Origin: an uncultured Legionellales bacterium
GTDB lineage: Bacteria; Pseudomonadota; Gammaproteobacteria; Eutrophobiales; Eutrophobiaceae
NCBI GenBank assembly: GCA_913046215.1
Contig: CAJWRJ010000001.1
Location: 8,897-72,896, forward strand
DNA: 64,000 nucleotides
Direction: 5' to 3'
Part shown: positions 9,196-19,124 of the stretch, one piece after another
How the letters are laid out: each line of letters starts with the position of its first letter
How positions within the stretch are numbered: the first letter of the stretch is position 1
Made by a program: the position numbers and the translations under genes
The notes under the pieces: model-generated
The model's database searches: none
The model's input: the letters and a program-made list of their open reading frames with translations, nothing else
Told to the model about the DNA's origin: nothing

Positions 9196-9804
9196 ATGGA
9201 ATTTTTTATAAAAAAATTTGAAAAATATATTAATAAAATTCTAAGTACAGATGAAGAAACATTATATGCACTAAGAAAATTAGAAAATAAAGTTATTGCT
9301 TTTAAGTTTATAAATACAAAAATTAAATTTTATCTATTTCCAATGGAGTATGGTTTTAAGATAGATAGTATTTGTAATAAGAAACCCGACGTTTTAATAA
9401 ATAGCACACCAGTCAATTTTTTAAGGATATTAATACCTTCGAAATATAACACAGCAGCTTCATCAATCGATGTAAAGATAGAAGGCGATATCAAAATTGC
9501 TCATGAGCTTCAAAAAATAATGAATAATTTTGAAATAGATATAGAAGATCCTTTATCAAATTTAGTCGGAGATAGATTAGCATTTCAACTTGTAAAATTA
9601 ACACATAAAATAAGTCAACTTTCTTTAAAATCTTATGAAACAATAATAGCAGATATAAGCGAATACTTGAGATTTGAAGTAGATATGCTGCCAGATGAGT
9701 TACTAGTAGAAGAATTTCTGAAAGATGTTGATACTATAAGAAATGACGTTGATAGAGTATCGCAAAGAGTGGCAAAACTTAATTCCCTTATAACAAAAAA
9801 ATAA
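9196..9804 (+). CDS. ubiJ: Ubiquinone biosynthesis accessory protein UbiJ (SCP2 domain)
   Basis: Between ubiE and ubiB; IEGD, DIED.LS..VGD, EYL..E, LRND-like C-terminal coiled coil. Confidence 0.85.
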   Translation: MEFFIKKFEKYINKILSTDEETLYALRKLENKVIAFKFINTKIKFYLFPMEYGFKIDSICNKKPDVLINSTPVNFLRILIPSKYNTAASSIDVKIEGDIKIAHELQKIMNNFEIDIEDPLSNLVGDRLAFQLVKLTHKISQLSLKSYETIIADISEYLRFEVDMLPDELLVEEFLKDVDTIRNDVDRVSQRVAKLNSLITKK

Positions 9805-9819
9805 ACAAAGTAGTTACTC

Positions 9820-11475
9820 ATGCAACAATTTTTTAGATTATTAGCAATACAAAAAGTATTAATTTCACATGGACTCGATGAGATTATTTTTGCAACCCAC
9901 TTATTTAGGCCTATTCGTTTTCTTTTCTATATTTTTCCATGGAATTGGTTTAATCATACTTCTATACCTCGAGCAAAAAGGATACGAAATATGCTGGAGG
10001 ATCTTGGTCCAATTTATGTAAAGTTTGGTCAGATACTCTCAACCCGTCGTGATTTAATTCCAGAAGATATTGCAAATGAGTTTGCTGAATTACAAGATAA
10101 TGTTGCCCCATTTTCTGGAGAAATAGCACGAAAAATTATCGAAGATGCATATCATTGTAGAATTAACGATGTTTTTTTGGAATTTGATGAAGTGCCATTA
10201 GCATCTGCATCTGTTGCACAGGTGCATAGTGCAAAACTAAAAGATGGTAGAGATTTTATTATAAAAGTTATAAGACCTGGAATTGATGTAATAATTAAAA
10301 AAGATTTAGATTTACTAAAATTACTTGCACGAAAAGCTGAAAAATATAATAAAAATGCAAAATCTTTAAAATTTACAGGCGTTATAGAAGAGTTTGAAAG
10401 AACAATATTTAACGAATTAGATTTACAAAGAGAAGCTTCAAATGCATCTCAATTATATCGCAATTTTGAGAATGAGGATTGCTACTATGTGCCAAAAATT
10501 AATTGGGAGCTTACCAAAAGAAACGTGTTGGTTATTGAGCGCATAGATGGAATTCCAATTCGTGATATAGAAGCACTAAATGCAGCTAATATTGATTTAA
10601 AGTGTTTAGCCGAATTTGGCGTTAAGATATTTTTTACTCAAGTATTTAGAGACAATTTTTTTCATGCAGATATGCATCCTGGAAATATATTTGTTGCTCC
10701 AGGAAATTCGAAAGAATCACCTATAATTAAAGTTATCGATTTTGGCATTATGTGTTCATTAACAGAGTACGACCAATATTACCTAGCTAATAATTTAATG
10801 GCTTTTTTAAATCATGACTATCATAGAGTTGCTATTTTACATATTAAGTCTGGTTGGGTTCCCAAAGAAACACGTGTTGATGAATTGGAAGCTGCTATTA
10901 GGACAGTTTGTGAACCATTATTAGATAGACCAATACATGAAATATCATTGGGAGAACTTTTACAGAGACTCTTTGAGATTGCTCGTTCTTTTGAGGTTGA
11001 AATAATGCCACAATTAATTTTATTGCAAAAAACCATAATAAATATTGAGGGAATTGGTCGACAGCTCTATCCAGAGCTTAACTTATGGGAGACTGCGCGA
11101 CCTGAAATGGAGCGTTGGATGAAAGAAAGAGTAAGTCTTACTGCCATAATGAAAAGATTGATGCTTAATTTACCGGCAGTAATTGAAAAATTACCAGAGC
11201 TACCTAATAAAATTATTGATCTTATCGATAAACTTCATGATGGTAAGATAGAAATGGAAAATAAATCAGAGGAAATACATAAGCTCAGAATAGATATTAA
11301 TAAACACAATCGCAGAACAATTATGTCAGTGATCGGTTCAGGTTTAATTTTGTCTTCCTCTATTATATACGCACTAAATAATACTACCCATGGTATTTTT
11401 CTTACTATACCAAGTATTTCGTGGATATTAGGTTTATTTGGATTAATTTTCATATATTTTTCATGGAAAGACTAA
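9820..11475 (+). CDS. ubiB: Ubiquinone biosynthesis kinase-like protein UbiB
   Basis: LGPIYVKFGQILSTRRDL, PLASASVAQVH, FFHADMHPGN, DFG, QPQLILLQKT; C-terminal TM helices. Confidence 0.96.
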   Translation: MQQFFRLLAIQKVLISHGLDEIIFATHLFRPIRFLFYIFPWNWFNHTSIPRAKRIRNMLEDLGPIYVKFGQILSTRRDLIPEDIANEFAELQDNVAPFSGEIARKIIEDAYHCRINDVFLEFDEVPLASASVAQVHSAKLKDGRDFIIKVIRPGIDVIIKKDLDLLKLLARKAEKYNKNAKSLKFTGVIEEFERTIFNELDLQREASNASQLYRNFENEDCYYVPKINWELTKRNVLVIERIDGIPIRDIEALNAANIDLKCLAEFGVKIFFTQVFRDNFFHADMHPGNIFVAPGNSKESPIIKVIDFGIMCSLTEYDQYYLANNLMAFLNHDYHRVAILHIKSGWVPKETRVDELEAAIRTVCEPLLDRPIHEISLGELLQRLFEIARSFEVEIMPQLILLQKTIINIEGIGRQLYPELNLWETARPEMERWMKERVSLTAIMKRLMLNLPAVIEKLPELPNKIIDLIDKLHDGKIEMENKSEEIHKLRIDINKHNRRTIMSVIGSGLILSSSIIYALNNTTHGIFLTIPSISWILGLFGLIFIYFSWKD

Positions 11476-12270
11476 GTTAGCATTTTTTGTAATTAAACTA
11501 TTTTTTCTCGTTCTTTTTTTTATGAGTGACTTAATTCCAACAAGCTTCACATCATGTTTATTAATATCTTTCAAAAAATTTGAGAGTGCTTCTATAGTAT
11601 TATTATATGGATGACAAATTGCTAGCGCAGTTCCTTGTTTTTTTGCAATATTAACCAATTCAAATATTTTTTTATTTATATGATTTTTATCTTTTTGGTT
11701 ATCAAGGAATATATCTCTTGATATAAATGGAACACCATTTTGCTTTGCTATTTTACCAGCAACACTGTTAGGACCTGTTAAGCTATCAACATAAATGTAG
11801 TCATATTTACTTATAATATCCATTAGCCATTTCATATGGCCAGGATGACGTGTTAATAAACTCCCCATATGATTATTTATTCCAATTATGTTAGGTAAAG
11901 AATTAATATTATGCTTTAGTATTTTTGAGAACTCTTTTTTTGTCATGCTTAATGTTAGTGCACCAGGACCCAAAAGATCATTATTCGTTAAAGCTTGCAT
12001 TGGCTGATGTAATAGAATTTGTTTTTTATTTTTAAATGCTATTTCAGATATTTTATTTGCATAAGGGGAATGCGGTAAAATTGCATAGGTTATAGGTCCA
12101 GGAAGCGATAATGCGAGCATATCTTCCTTAGGTTTATAGCCAAGATCATCAATTATGATTGCAATATAAGGTTTTTCTTTTATTTCTGAATATGAATTAA
12201 ATGAAAACAAGCAGGAGATAAAAAATATGAAAAAATATTTATATTTATCTCGAATATATCCAAAATTCAT
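11461..12270 (-). CDS. Divergent polysaccharide deacetylase (YibQ family)
   Basis: IAIIIDDLG, LLHQPM, GINNHMGS, RDIFLDN, AICHP; downstream of envC-ctpA. Confidence 0.92.
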   Translation of the reverse strand: MNFGYIRDKYKYFFIFFISCLFSFNSYSEIKEKPYIAIIIDDLGYKPKEDMLALSLPGPITYAILPHSPYANKISEIAFKNKKQILLHQPMQALTNNDLLGPGALTLSMTKKEFSKILKHNINSLPNIIGINNHMGSLLTRHPGHMKWLMDIISKYDYIYVDSLTGPNSVAGKIAKQNGVPFISRDIFLDNQKDKNHINKKIFELVNIAKKQGTALAICHPYNNTIEALSNFLKDINKHDVKLVGIKSLIKKRTRKNSLITKNANLVFP

Positions 12271-12273
12271 CTT

Positions 12274-13569
12274 TTATTTAACCTTTTTTAGGTAAATTGA
12301 TAATCCCTTCAAAACATTTAATGCTTCATATAGTTGGTAATCATTCTCTATGAGCAAGGCATTATTTATATTTTCTTCTTTTTCTTCATCATCATTAGAT
12401 TTTTTATTATCTAAATGCCCGCTTAAATCAGATTCTTTTATTAGCCCATTATTTTGAATATCTTTTTTCAAATCGAATTTTATATTTTTTACAATCATAT
12501 CGGGTTCGATACCCGAGGCTTGTATGGAACGTCCCGATGGCGTGTAATAGCGTGCCGTTGTTAATTTTAATGCTGTTCTGTCGTTCATTGGCAAAATAGT
12601 TTGTACTGAGCCTTTACCAAATGTTTTTTCACCCATTATTACAGCTCTTTTGTGGTCTTGTAATGCTCCAGCGACGATTTCAGAGGCAGATGCTGATCCA
12701 CCATTTACAAGAATAATAATTGGAGTGTCTTTTAACATTTCAGATGGCTTTGCATTAAATTTAAGTTTTGAATCCTTGATTCGGCCCTCTGTATAAACAA
12801 TCAATCCGTTATTAAGAAATAGGTCTGACACACCAACAGCTGCATTAAGAAGTCCACCAGGATTATTTCTTAAATCCAATATCAAACCTTTTATATTGTT
12901 ATTATTTTCATTTTTTAGTTTCATTAATCCTTTTTTTAGATCATCGACAGTATGAGTTTGAAAATTAGAAATACGTATATAGGTAAATCCAGGTTCTATT
13001 GTTTCAGTTTTTATATTCTCAACAGTAATAATATCTCGCACTATACTTATCTCGAATGGTTTATTTTCACCTTCTCTAACTATAGTTAGAGTAATTTTAC
13101 TTCCAGGTTTACCTCTCATCATTTTTACTGCTTCCATTAATGATATGCCTTTAACAGATTTATTATCAAGACGAATAATAAGATCTCCAGCTTTTATTCC
13201 AGCTCGTTGTGCAGGAGTTCCATCAATTGGAGATATAACTTTTACAAATCCATCTTCATAACCCACTTCAATACCAAGTCCACCAAATTCGCCAGAGGTG
13301 CCCTCTTGTAATTCTTTATACGCATCTTCATCTAGATATGTAGAGTGCGGATCAAGTCCTTGAAGCATTCCTCGGATAGCATTTTCAAGAAGTTTTTTGT
13401 CATCAACATCTTCTACATAATCATCCTTAATTTTTGAAAAAATTTCAGTGAAAGTTCTTATTTCATCTAAGGGTAGTATTGTGTCACCATCTTCATTAGC
13501 TAGGGAGATTCTAGATATAAATAATGCAGGTAAAAAAATTAGTAGTAGTATTTTTTTGTAGGTAACCAT
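12274..13569 (-). CDS. ctpA: Carboxy-terminal processing protease, S41 family (CtpA)
   Basis: LDPHS, GEFGGLGIEV PDZ domain, LDLRNNPGG, SASASEIVAGALQD, FGKGSVQ. Confidence 0.95.
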   Translation of the reverse strand: MVTYKKILLLIFLPALFISRISLANEDGDTILPLDEIRTFTEIFSKIKDDYVEDVDDKKLLENAIRGMLQGLDPHSTYLDEDAYKELQEGTSGEFGGLGIEVGYEDGFVKVISPIDGTPAQRAGIKAGDLIIRLDNKSVKGISLMEAVKMMRGKPGSKITLTIVREGENKPFEISIVRDIITVENIKTETIEPGFTYIRISNFQTHTVDDLKKGLMKLKNENNNNIKGLILDLRNNPGGLLNAAVGVSDLFLNNGLIVYTEGRIKDSKLKFNAKPSEMLKDTPIIILVNGGSASASEIVAGALQDHKRAVIMGEKTFGKGSVQTILPMNDRTALKLTTARYYTPSGRSIQASGIEPDMIVKNIKFDLKKDIQNNGLIKESDLSGHLDNKKSNDDEEKEENINNALLIENDYQLYEALNVLKGLSIYLKKVK

Positions 13570-13633
13570 TTTTTCCGTCCTATTTGCTTAATTTTATTTT
13601 TATATGTTGTTTCTTTTAATAATATATACATTA

Positions 13634-14782
13634 TTAATTTTTGCACCATTGAGATGGATTTAATGTTTTTTTGCCTTTTCTAATCTCAAAATAAAGTGCA
13701 GAGTTATTTTGCCCCCCACTATCCCCAACAGAAGCTATTATTTCTCTGGCTTTTACAGAATCACCCGCGACCTTTAATAGTTGTTGGTTATGTCCATATA
13801 GGCTTAAATAGTCATTATTGTGGTCAATAATAACTAGCAAGCCATAATTTTTAAACCAGTCTGCAAATACGACTTTTCCATCACTTATTGCATGAACTTT
13901 TGAGCCATGATTTGCTCCTATCAAAACTCCTTGCCATTTCAAACCAGTTATTTTTTTTTGCACACCGTATTTTTTTAATAATTTTCCTTTTACTGGCCAT
14001 ACTAATTTACCTTTTTTTTGTATAAATGAAATATTATTTTCATTATAGTTAGTAATATTTTTATTATTTAATTTTATTTTATTTAAAAGCCTAGCAAGAT
14101 CGCGTTCATTTTCTTTTAAAAGTAATAATTCAATATTCTGATTTTTTATATAATTTTTTATCTCTACTATAGAGTTTAATCTTTTTTTCCTTATTTTATT
14201 GAAATTATTTAATTTATACTGGTATTTATTATTTAATATCTCAAGGTTATTATTTTCATCATTTATTTCTTTCTCTAGAATTTTTATTCGTGTTAGATTG
14301 TCATTTAAATTTTTTATACGATTGGAACGCGCATAATTATCATAATCATAATAGGCAATAACACGATTTATTTGCGTCAAATCATCTTGATTAAGTAGTA
14401 ACTTAATATAATTATATTTTCCTATTTGATAAATATTTCTAATTTGAGTTCTTAGCCTCATTTTTTCTTTCTTTATAATATTTTTATTTTCTTCTTCTTC
14501 TTCTTTTAATTTTAAAATAGTATTATTTCCTTTTAATATTTCTGAACGTGTGTTTTCCAATTGCATAAAAAGCTCGACTGCTAGCTTTTCATTTTTTCTT
14601 ATATCTTTTTCAAATTTTTTAGCTTTTATTTTAGCATTACTAATATTTTTATTTACATCATTCATACGATTCTGTATGTTTTTTAGTTTTATTTCATTTT
14701 CATGACTAGATTGTTTTGCAATTAGATAATTAGAAAAAGTAAATAGGTATATTAAGATAAAGTATTTTATTTTTTTCTTCAT
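13634..14782 (-). CDS. envC: Murein hydrolase activator EnvC (coiled coil + degenerate M23 domain)
   Basis: Signal peptide, long coiled coil, KGKLVWPV, WQGVLI, YLSLYGHNQ, LYFEIR; gpmI-envC synteny. Confidence 0.92.
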   Translation of the reverse strand: MKKKIKYFILIYLFTFSNYLIAKQSSHENEIKLKNIQNRMNDVNKNISNAKIKAKKFEKDIRKNEKLAVELFMQLENTRSEILKGNNTILKLKEEEEENKNIIKKEKMRLRTQIRNIYQIGKYNYIKLLLNQDDLTQINRVIAYYDYDNYARSNRIKNLNDNLTRIKILEKEINDENNNLEILNNKYQYKLNNFNKIRKKRLNSIVEIKNYIKNQNIELLLLKENERDLARLLNKIKLNNKNITNYNENNISFIQKKGKLVWPVKGKLLKKYGVQKKITGLKWQGVLIGANHGSKVHAISDGKVVFADWFKNYGLLVIIDHNNDYLSLYGHNQQLLKVAGDSVKAREIIASVGDSGGQNNSALYFEIRKGKKTLNPSQWCKN

Positions 14783-14833
14783 TTGGAAATTTTTAGATTT
14801 TTAATTGATTTTATCTAATTTTTTTATATGGAT

Positions 14834-16402
14834 TTATTTTTTTAATATATCTATTAATGATTTTCCTGTCATTTCCATAGGCTGTGGTATATCCATTATA
14901 TCGAGTAAGGTTGGCGTTACATCTGACAAAGAACCTATTTCTGGGATAAACCTTGCTTCTCTACCAATATAAACCAATGGCACAAGATTACTTGTATGTG
15001 CAGTATGAGGCTGAGATTTAATCTTTTCAGTAGTGTATGATTTTATTTGTTCTGCGTTACCGTGGTCAGCTGTTATAAGTATTTCACTTCCAGCTTTTTT
15101 TGCTGCCTCAATAATTTTTCCTAAACATTTATCAATAGTTTCAATTGCTAATATCGTCGCATTAAAGTTGCCTGTGTGGCCAACCATATCAGCATTTGCA
15201 AAATTACAGATTATTGAATTATATTTATGGCTATTAATTGAATCTATTAAACGCTGTGTTATCTTTTCTGCACTCATTTCTGGTTCAAGATCATATGTTC
15301 TTACATGTGGAGATGGTACAAGTATTCTATCTTCCCCTTCAAACACACTTTCTGTTCCACCATTAAAAAAGAACGTTACATGTGCGTACTTTTCAGTTTC
15401 AGCTATCCTAAGTTGTTTTAGTCCAAGATCAGCTATATATTTACCAAAAACATTAGGAAGAGATACAGGAAGAAAAGCAACTGGAAACTCATATTCAACT
15501 TTATATGATGTTAAACTAATGAAAGACGATAATTTTGGCATCCTTTCTCTATGGAATGCTTTGAATGAAGGTTTTGTGAAGGCACGCGCCAACTGCCTTG
15601 CACGATCAGCACGGTAGTTAGCAAAAATAACAATATCTTCATCCTCAATAATAATAGGAGCTTCGCTAGATTTGGTTATTGCAGTTGGCGATATAAATTC
15701 ATCAGTTTCATTTCTAGCATAGGCCATATCTATAGCGATAAATGGATCACTTGATCTATAGTTAGCTTTTCCTTGACTGATTACATCATAAGCAAATTTT
15801 GTTCTATCCCAATTTTTATTCCTATCCATCGCGTAATATCGACCCACAATAGAAGCAAATGAGCCTAATTCCAACTCTTTCATTTTTAATTGTGCTTTAT
15901 GAATTGATTCTATTGCACATTTTGGTGTTGTATCTCGACCATCAAGAAACGCATGTAGAAAAAGTTTTTTAACACCGCATTTTTTAGCTAGTTTAATTAG
16001 AGCAAAAATATGATCTTCATGACTGTGTACCCCACCTGGAGAAAGTAGCCCAAGCAAATGGATAGCCTTATTGTTTTTTTTCGCATGGTTGAATGCGTTG
16101 TTTAATGTATTATTTTGATTGAAAGTACCATCTTTTATGGCTCTTGATATTCGAGTAAATTCTTGGTCAACGACTCTTCCAGCTCCAATATTCATATGAC
16201 CAACTTCAGAGTTACCCATTTGTGATGCTGGTAGTCCCACATCAAGACCAGAGGCATTTATAAGGGTATGAGGGTATTTTTCCCAAATATTATCCCAGAT
16301 TGGTTTGTTAGCAGAATAGATTGCATTGTATTCAGTATTATCAGTATGACCCCAACCATCCAGAATTATCAAAATGGTACGCTTATGGCCTAATTTAGTC
16401 AT
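14834..16402 (-). CDS. gpmI: 2,3-bisphosphoglycerate-independent phosphoglycerate mutase
   Basis: ILDGWG, MGNSEVGH, GGVHSH, DGRDT, AETEKYAHVTFF, DMVGH, TADHGN. Confidence 0.97.
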   Translation of the reverse strand: MTKLGHKRTILIILDGWGHTDNTEYNAIYSANKPIWDNIWEKYPHTLINASGLDVGLPASQMGNSEVGHMNIGAGRVVDQEFTRISRAIKDGTFNQNNTLNNAFNHAKKNNKAIHLLGLLSPGGVHSHEDHIFALIKLAKKCGVKKLFLHAFLDGRDTTPKCAIESIHKAQLKMKELELGSFASIVGRYYAMDRNKNWDRTKFAYDVISQGKANYRSSDPFIAIDMAYARNETDEFISPTAITKSSEAPIIIEDEDIVIFANYRADRARQLARAFTKPSFKAFHRERMPKLSSFISLTSYKVEYEFPVAFLPVSLPNVFGKYIADLGLKQLRIAETEKYAHVTFFFNGGTESVFEGEDRILVPSPHVRTYDLEPEMSAEKITQRLIDSINSHKYNSIICNFANADMVGHTGNFNATILAIETIDKCLGKIIEAAKKAGSEILITADHGNAEQIKSYTTEKIKSQPHTAHTSNLVPLVYIGREARFIPEIGSLSDVTPTLLDIMDIPQPMEMTGKSLIDILKK

Positions 16403-16663
16403 AGATGCTTATTCTCATTGAAGAAAATGACGAGAAAGTCGAATTCATTGAATTTTTTTGCAATTTCACGCTGCAAATAAATATATAATAGAGGTTTCCA
16501 GTTACGTCGTAAGCTATTAGCCCATTTGGTTATAGAATATTAACATGAAATTAATGAATACAACATGTTAAATAAAATTGTTGATAAAACAAATCAATAG
16601 TTTTTTCAACGTGAGATATATCGTATTATCAACTTAATTAAATAAATTTATGAGCAAGCTATT

Positions 16664-17089
16664 ATGGAAAAGTTCCCCGAATTCGTATTAAATCATCCCT
16701 ACTTATTTTCATTACTTTTTGTGATTTTGACCTTATTAATATGGAATATTTTTGGAGATGTAATCGGGGGTGTTAAAATGCTGACCTCAAGTCAAGTAAC
16801 GCACCTTGTTAATCGTGAGGATGCAGAAATTGTTGATATTAGAAGTCAAAAGGAATTTGAAAATGGGCATATTATTAATGCAAGAAATATTAGTCCCAAA
16901 GAACTATCTAAAGAATTAGATAAATTAAGAAAAAATAATAAGGGTATTATATTTTGCTGTTCAAATGGCAGTGCTTCAGTAAAAGAGGCTCAAAAGTTAG
17001 TTAAACAAGGAGAGGAAATGATATTTTGTCTAAAAGGCGGAATTACTTCATGGCAAACCGCATCGTTGCCATTAACAAAAAAAAGCTAG
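16664..17089 (+). CDS. Membrane-anchored rhodanese-like protein (YibN family)
   Basis: N-terminal TM helix, VDIR...EF..GHI..A.NI, LKGG...W....LP; upstream of secB. Confidence 0.9.
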   Translation: MEKFPEFVLNHPYLFSLLFVILTLLIWNIFGDVIGGVKMLTSSQVTHLVNREDAEIVDIRSQKEFENGHIINARNISPKELSKELDKLRKNNKGIIFCCSNGSASVKEAQKLVKQGEEMIFCLKGGITSWQTASLPLTKKS

Positions 17090-17143
17090 ATAGTTTTGAT
17101 AGCTTATTTAAAAAATATAATACTTTAATTAGGATGAAAACAT

Positions 17144-17623
17144 ATGCCTGAGAAAGAAAAGAAATCAGAAGAAAATAATGACCCACAATTTTCAATTCAA
17201 AAAATATATATAAAAGATATTTCCTTTGAAACAACAAATACCCCCGAAGATTTTAAAACGGAATGGAAACCAGTAGTTGATATGCATATAACAAATGAAG
17301 CTACACCCTTGGGTGACGATTTGTTTGATGTCGTATTGTCAGCAACGTTGACAGTAAAAATAGATGATAGAGATATCTATTTAGTTGAAATTGATCAAGC
17401 AGGTATTTTTTTGATAAAAAATGTTCCCGAGGATGTTCTTGGACGTATGCTGGCAACATCATGTGCGAATATATTATTTCCATTTGCTCGTGAGGCGGTT
17501 TCGGATATTGTTACAAGAGGTGGTTTCCCTCAATTACTACTTACACCGGTTAATTTTGATGCTTTATATGATCAACAAAAAAAGCAAGCATCAGAGCAGG
17601 CAGCGAAGAATACAACACATTAG
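17144..17623 (+). CDS. secB: Protein export chaperone SecB
   Basis: FSIQKIYIKDISFE, QAGIF, ILFPFARE, GGFPQLLL.PVNFDALY. Confidence 0.96.
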   Translation: MPEKEKKSEENNDPQFSIQKIYIKDISFETTNTPEDFKTEWKPVVDMHITNEATPLGDDLFDVVLSATLTVKIDDRDIYLVEIDQAGIFLIKNVPEDVLGRMLATSCANILFPFAREAVSDIVTRGGFPQLLLTPVNFDALYDQQKKQASEQAAKNTTH

Positions 17624-17640
17624 AATAAGGAATTGCTCCA

Positions 17641-18630
17641 ATGAGTTCACAGTCATTATTAGTTCAAGGTGCTGGATCTTGGGGAACTGCGTTGGCTATG
17701 GTTTTATCTCGTAATTGTTATCAAATTTATTTATGGGATACTAATTTAGATACGATAAAGGCGATTAGATCAAATAGATGCAATGAAAGATACCTGCCTG
17801 GGCAAAAAATTCCAGAAAATATAATACCGATCGAATCGATTGAGGAGGTGCCGGACACAATAAATAAAGTTATTTGTGCGGTACCAAGTCACGCAGTTCG
17901 AAGTAGTTTGAATTTGTTAAAATCAATGCCCATTAATAGCATATGTATAGCCACAAAGGGTTTTGAGCCTAATACACAAAATCTAAATCATGTGGTAGCA
18001 GAAGAGGTTCTTAGTAATTCTTCGATTACCGTGCTCTCTGGACCTTCATTTGCAATAGAAGTGGCAGCAGGCTTGCCAACAGCAGTTACAATATCTTCAA
18101 AAGATATTGAAATTGCAAATGATTATGCAAGTCTTTTTCATACAAAAACTTTTAGAGTGTATGTTCATACTGATTATATAGGTGCGCAGATTGGTGGAGC
18201 GGTTAAAAATATAATGGCGATTGCAGCCGGTATATCAGATGGACTAGGTTTTGGAAGTAATGCTCGTTCTGCAATAATAACGCGTGGTTTATCTGAAATA
18301 ATACGATTGGGAATGACAATGGGTGCTAAGAAAGAAACTTTTAAAGGTCTATCTGGTCTTGGTGATTTAGTCTTGACTTGCACTGATGATCAATCACGTA
18401 ATAGAAGATTAGGTATTTTATTTTCTAAAGGATATACATCTGAGCAAGCATGCAATGAGATTGGTCAGGAAGTTGAGGGGTTAAACACCGCTAGAGAAGT
18501 TAATATTTTAGCAAAGAAAAATAATATAGAGATGCCTATTACCGAGCAAGTTGCAAGTGTTTTAGATTCTAGATGCACGCCGAAGGAAGCAGTTGAGAAT
18601 CTTTTAAATAGAGAGCAAAGGAAAGAGTAG
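17641..18630 (+). CDS. gpsA: NAD(P)H-dependent glycerol-3-phosphate dehydrogenase
   Basis: GAGSWGTALA, SGPSFA.EV, GGAVKN, GLGDLVLTCTDDQSRNR. Confidence 0.97.
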   Translation: MSSQSLLVQGAGSWGTALAMVLSRNCYQIYLWDTNLDTIKAIRSNRCNERYLPGQKIPENIIPIESIEEVPDTINKVICAVPSHAVRSSLNLLKSMPINSICIATKGFEPNTQNLNHVVAEEVLSNSSITVLSGPSFAIEVAAGLPTAVTISSKDIEIANDYASLFHTKTFRVYVHTDYIGAQIGGAVKNIMAIAAGISDGLGFGSNARSAIITRGLSEIIRLGMTMGAKKETFKGLSGLGDLVLTCTDDQSRNRRLGILFSKGYTSEQACNEIGQEVEGLNTAREVNILAKKNNIEMPITEQVASVLDSRCTPKEAVENLLNREQRKE

Positions 18631-18636
18631 GTTGGT

Positions 18637-19092
18637 TTATTCGAACTTTTTTTGTCTCCAAGATTCATAAATAATAATACTTGCAGCGTTAGATAGATTA
18701 AGGCTTCTACTAGCTTTCATCATTGGAATTTTGAGAATTCTATTTGGTTTAAACTTATCCAATATTTTTTTTGGTAAACCTCTTGTCTCGGGGCCGAACA
18801 AGAAACTATCATTTTTTTTGAAAATACAATCTGAATAATATTTTTTCCCTTTAGTTGATATCGCATACAGCGATTTAAAGCCATTTTTATCAATATAATC
18901 ATCAAAATTTTTATAATGGCAAACAGTAGACCAATCGATATAATCTAATCCAGCACGGCGTAGTTCCTTTGCCTTTATTTTAAAGCCCAATGGGTGTATC
19001 AAGTGCAATTTAGCTCCCGTATTAGTGCATAGACGCATAATATTTCCAGTATTTGGTGGAATTTCTGGTTCAAATAGAACAACATTAAACAT
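18637..19092 (-). CDS. trmL: tRNA (cytidine/uridine-34-2'-O)-methyltransferase TrmL
   Basis: EPEIPPNTGNI, RRAGLDY, FGPETRGLP, RSLNLSN (SPOUT fold). Confidence 0.95.
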   Translation of the reverse strand: MFNVVLFEPEIPPNTGNIMRLCTNTGAKLHLIHPLGFKIKAKELRRAGLDYIDWSTVCHYKNFDDYIDKNGFKSLYAISTKGKKYYSDCIFKKNDSFLFGPETRGLPKKILDKFKPNRILKIPMMKASRSLNLSNAASIIIYESWRQKKFE

Positions 19093-19124
19093 ATGTATAG
19101 TTTTCCATTAAGAATATCTAAATT

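Noticed and set aside
15033-15617. 194-aa antisense ORF inside gpmI, and similar antisense or alternate-frame ORFs (27189-27641, 45150-45632, 35583-35942 and others)
   Set aside because: Shadow ORFs fully overlapping well-conserved genes, with no recognisable motifs.
16581-16597. FNR-like box TTGAT...ATCAA in the gpmI/rhodanese divergent region
   Set aside because: Half-sites are 7 nt apart rather than the required 4.
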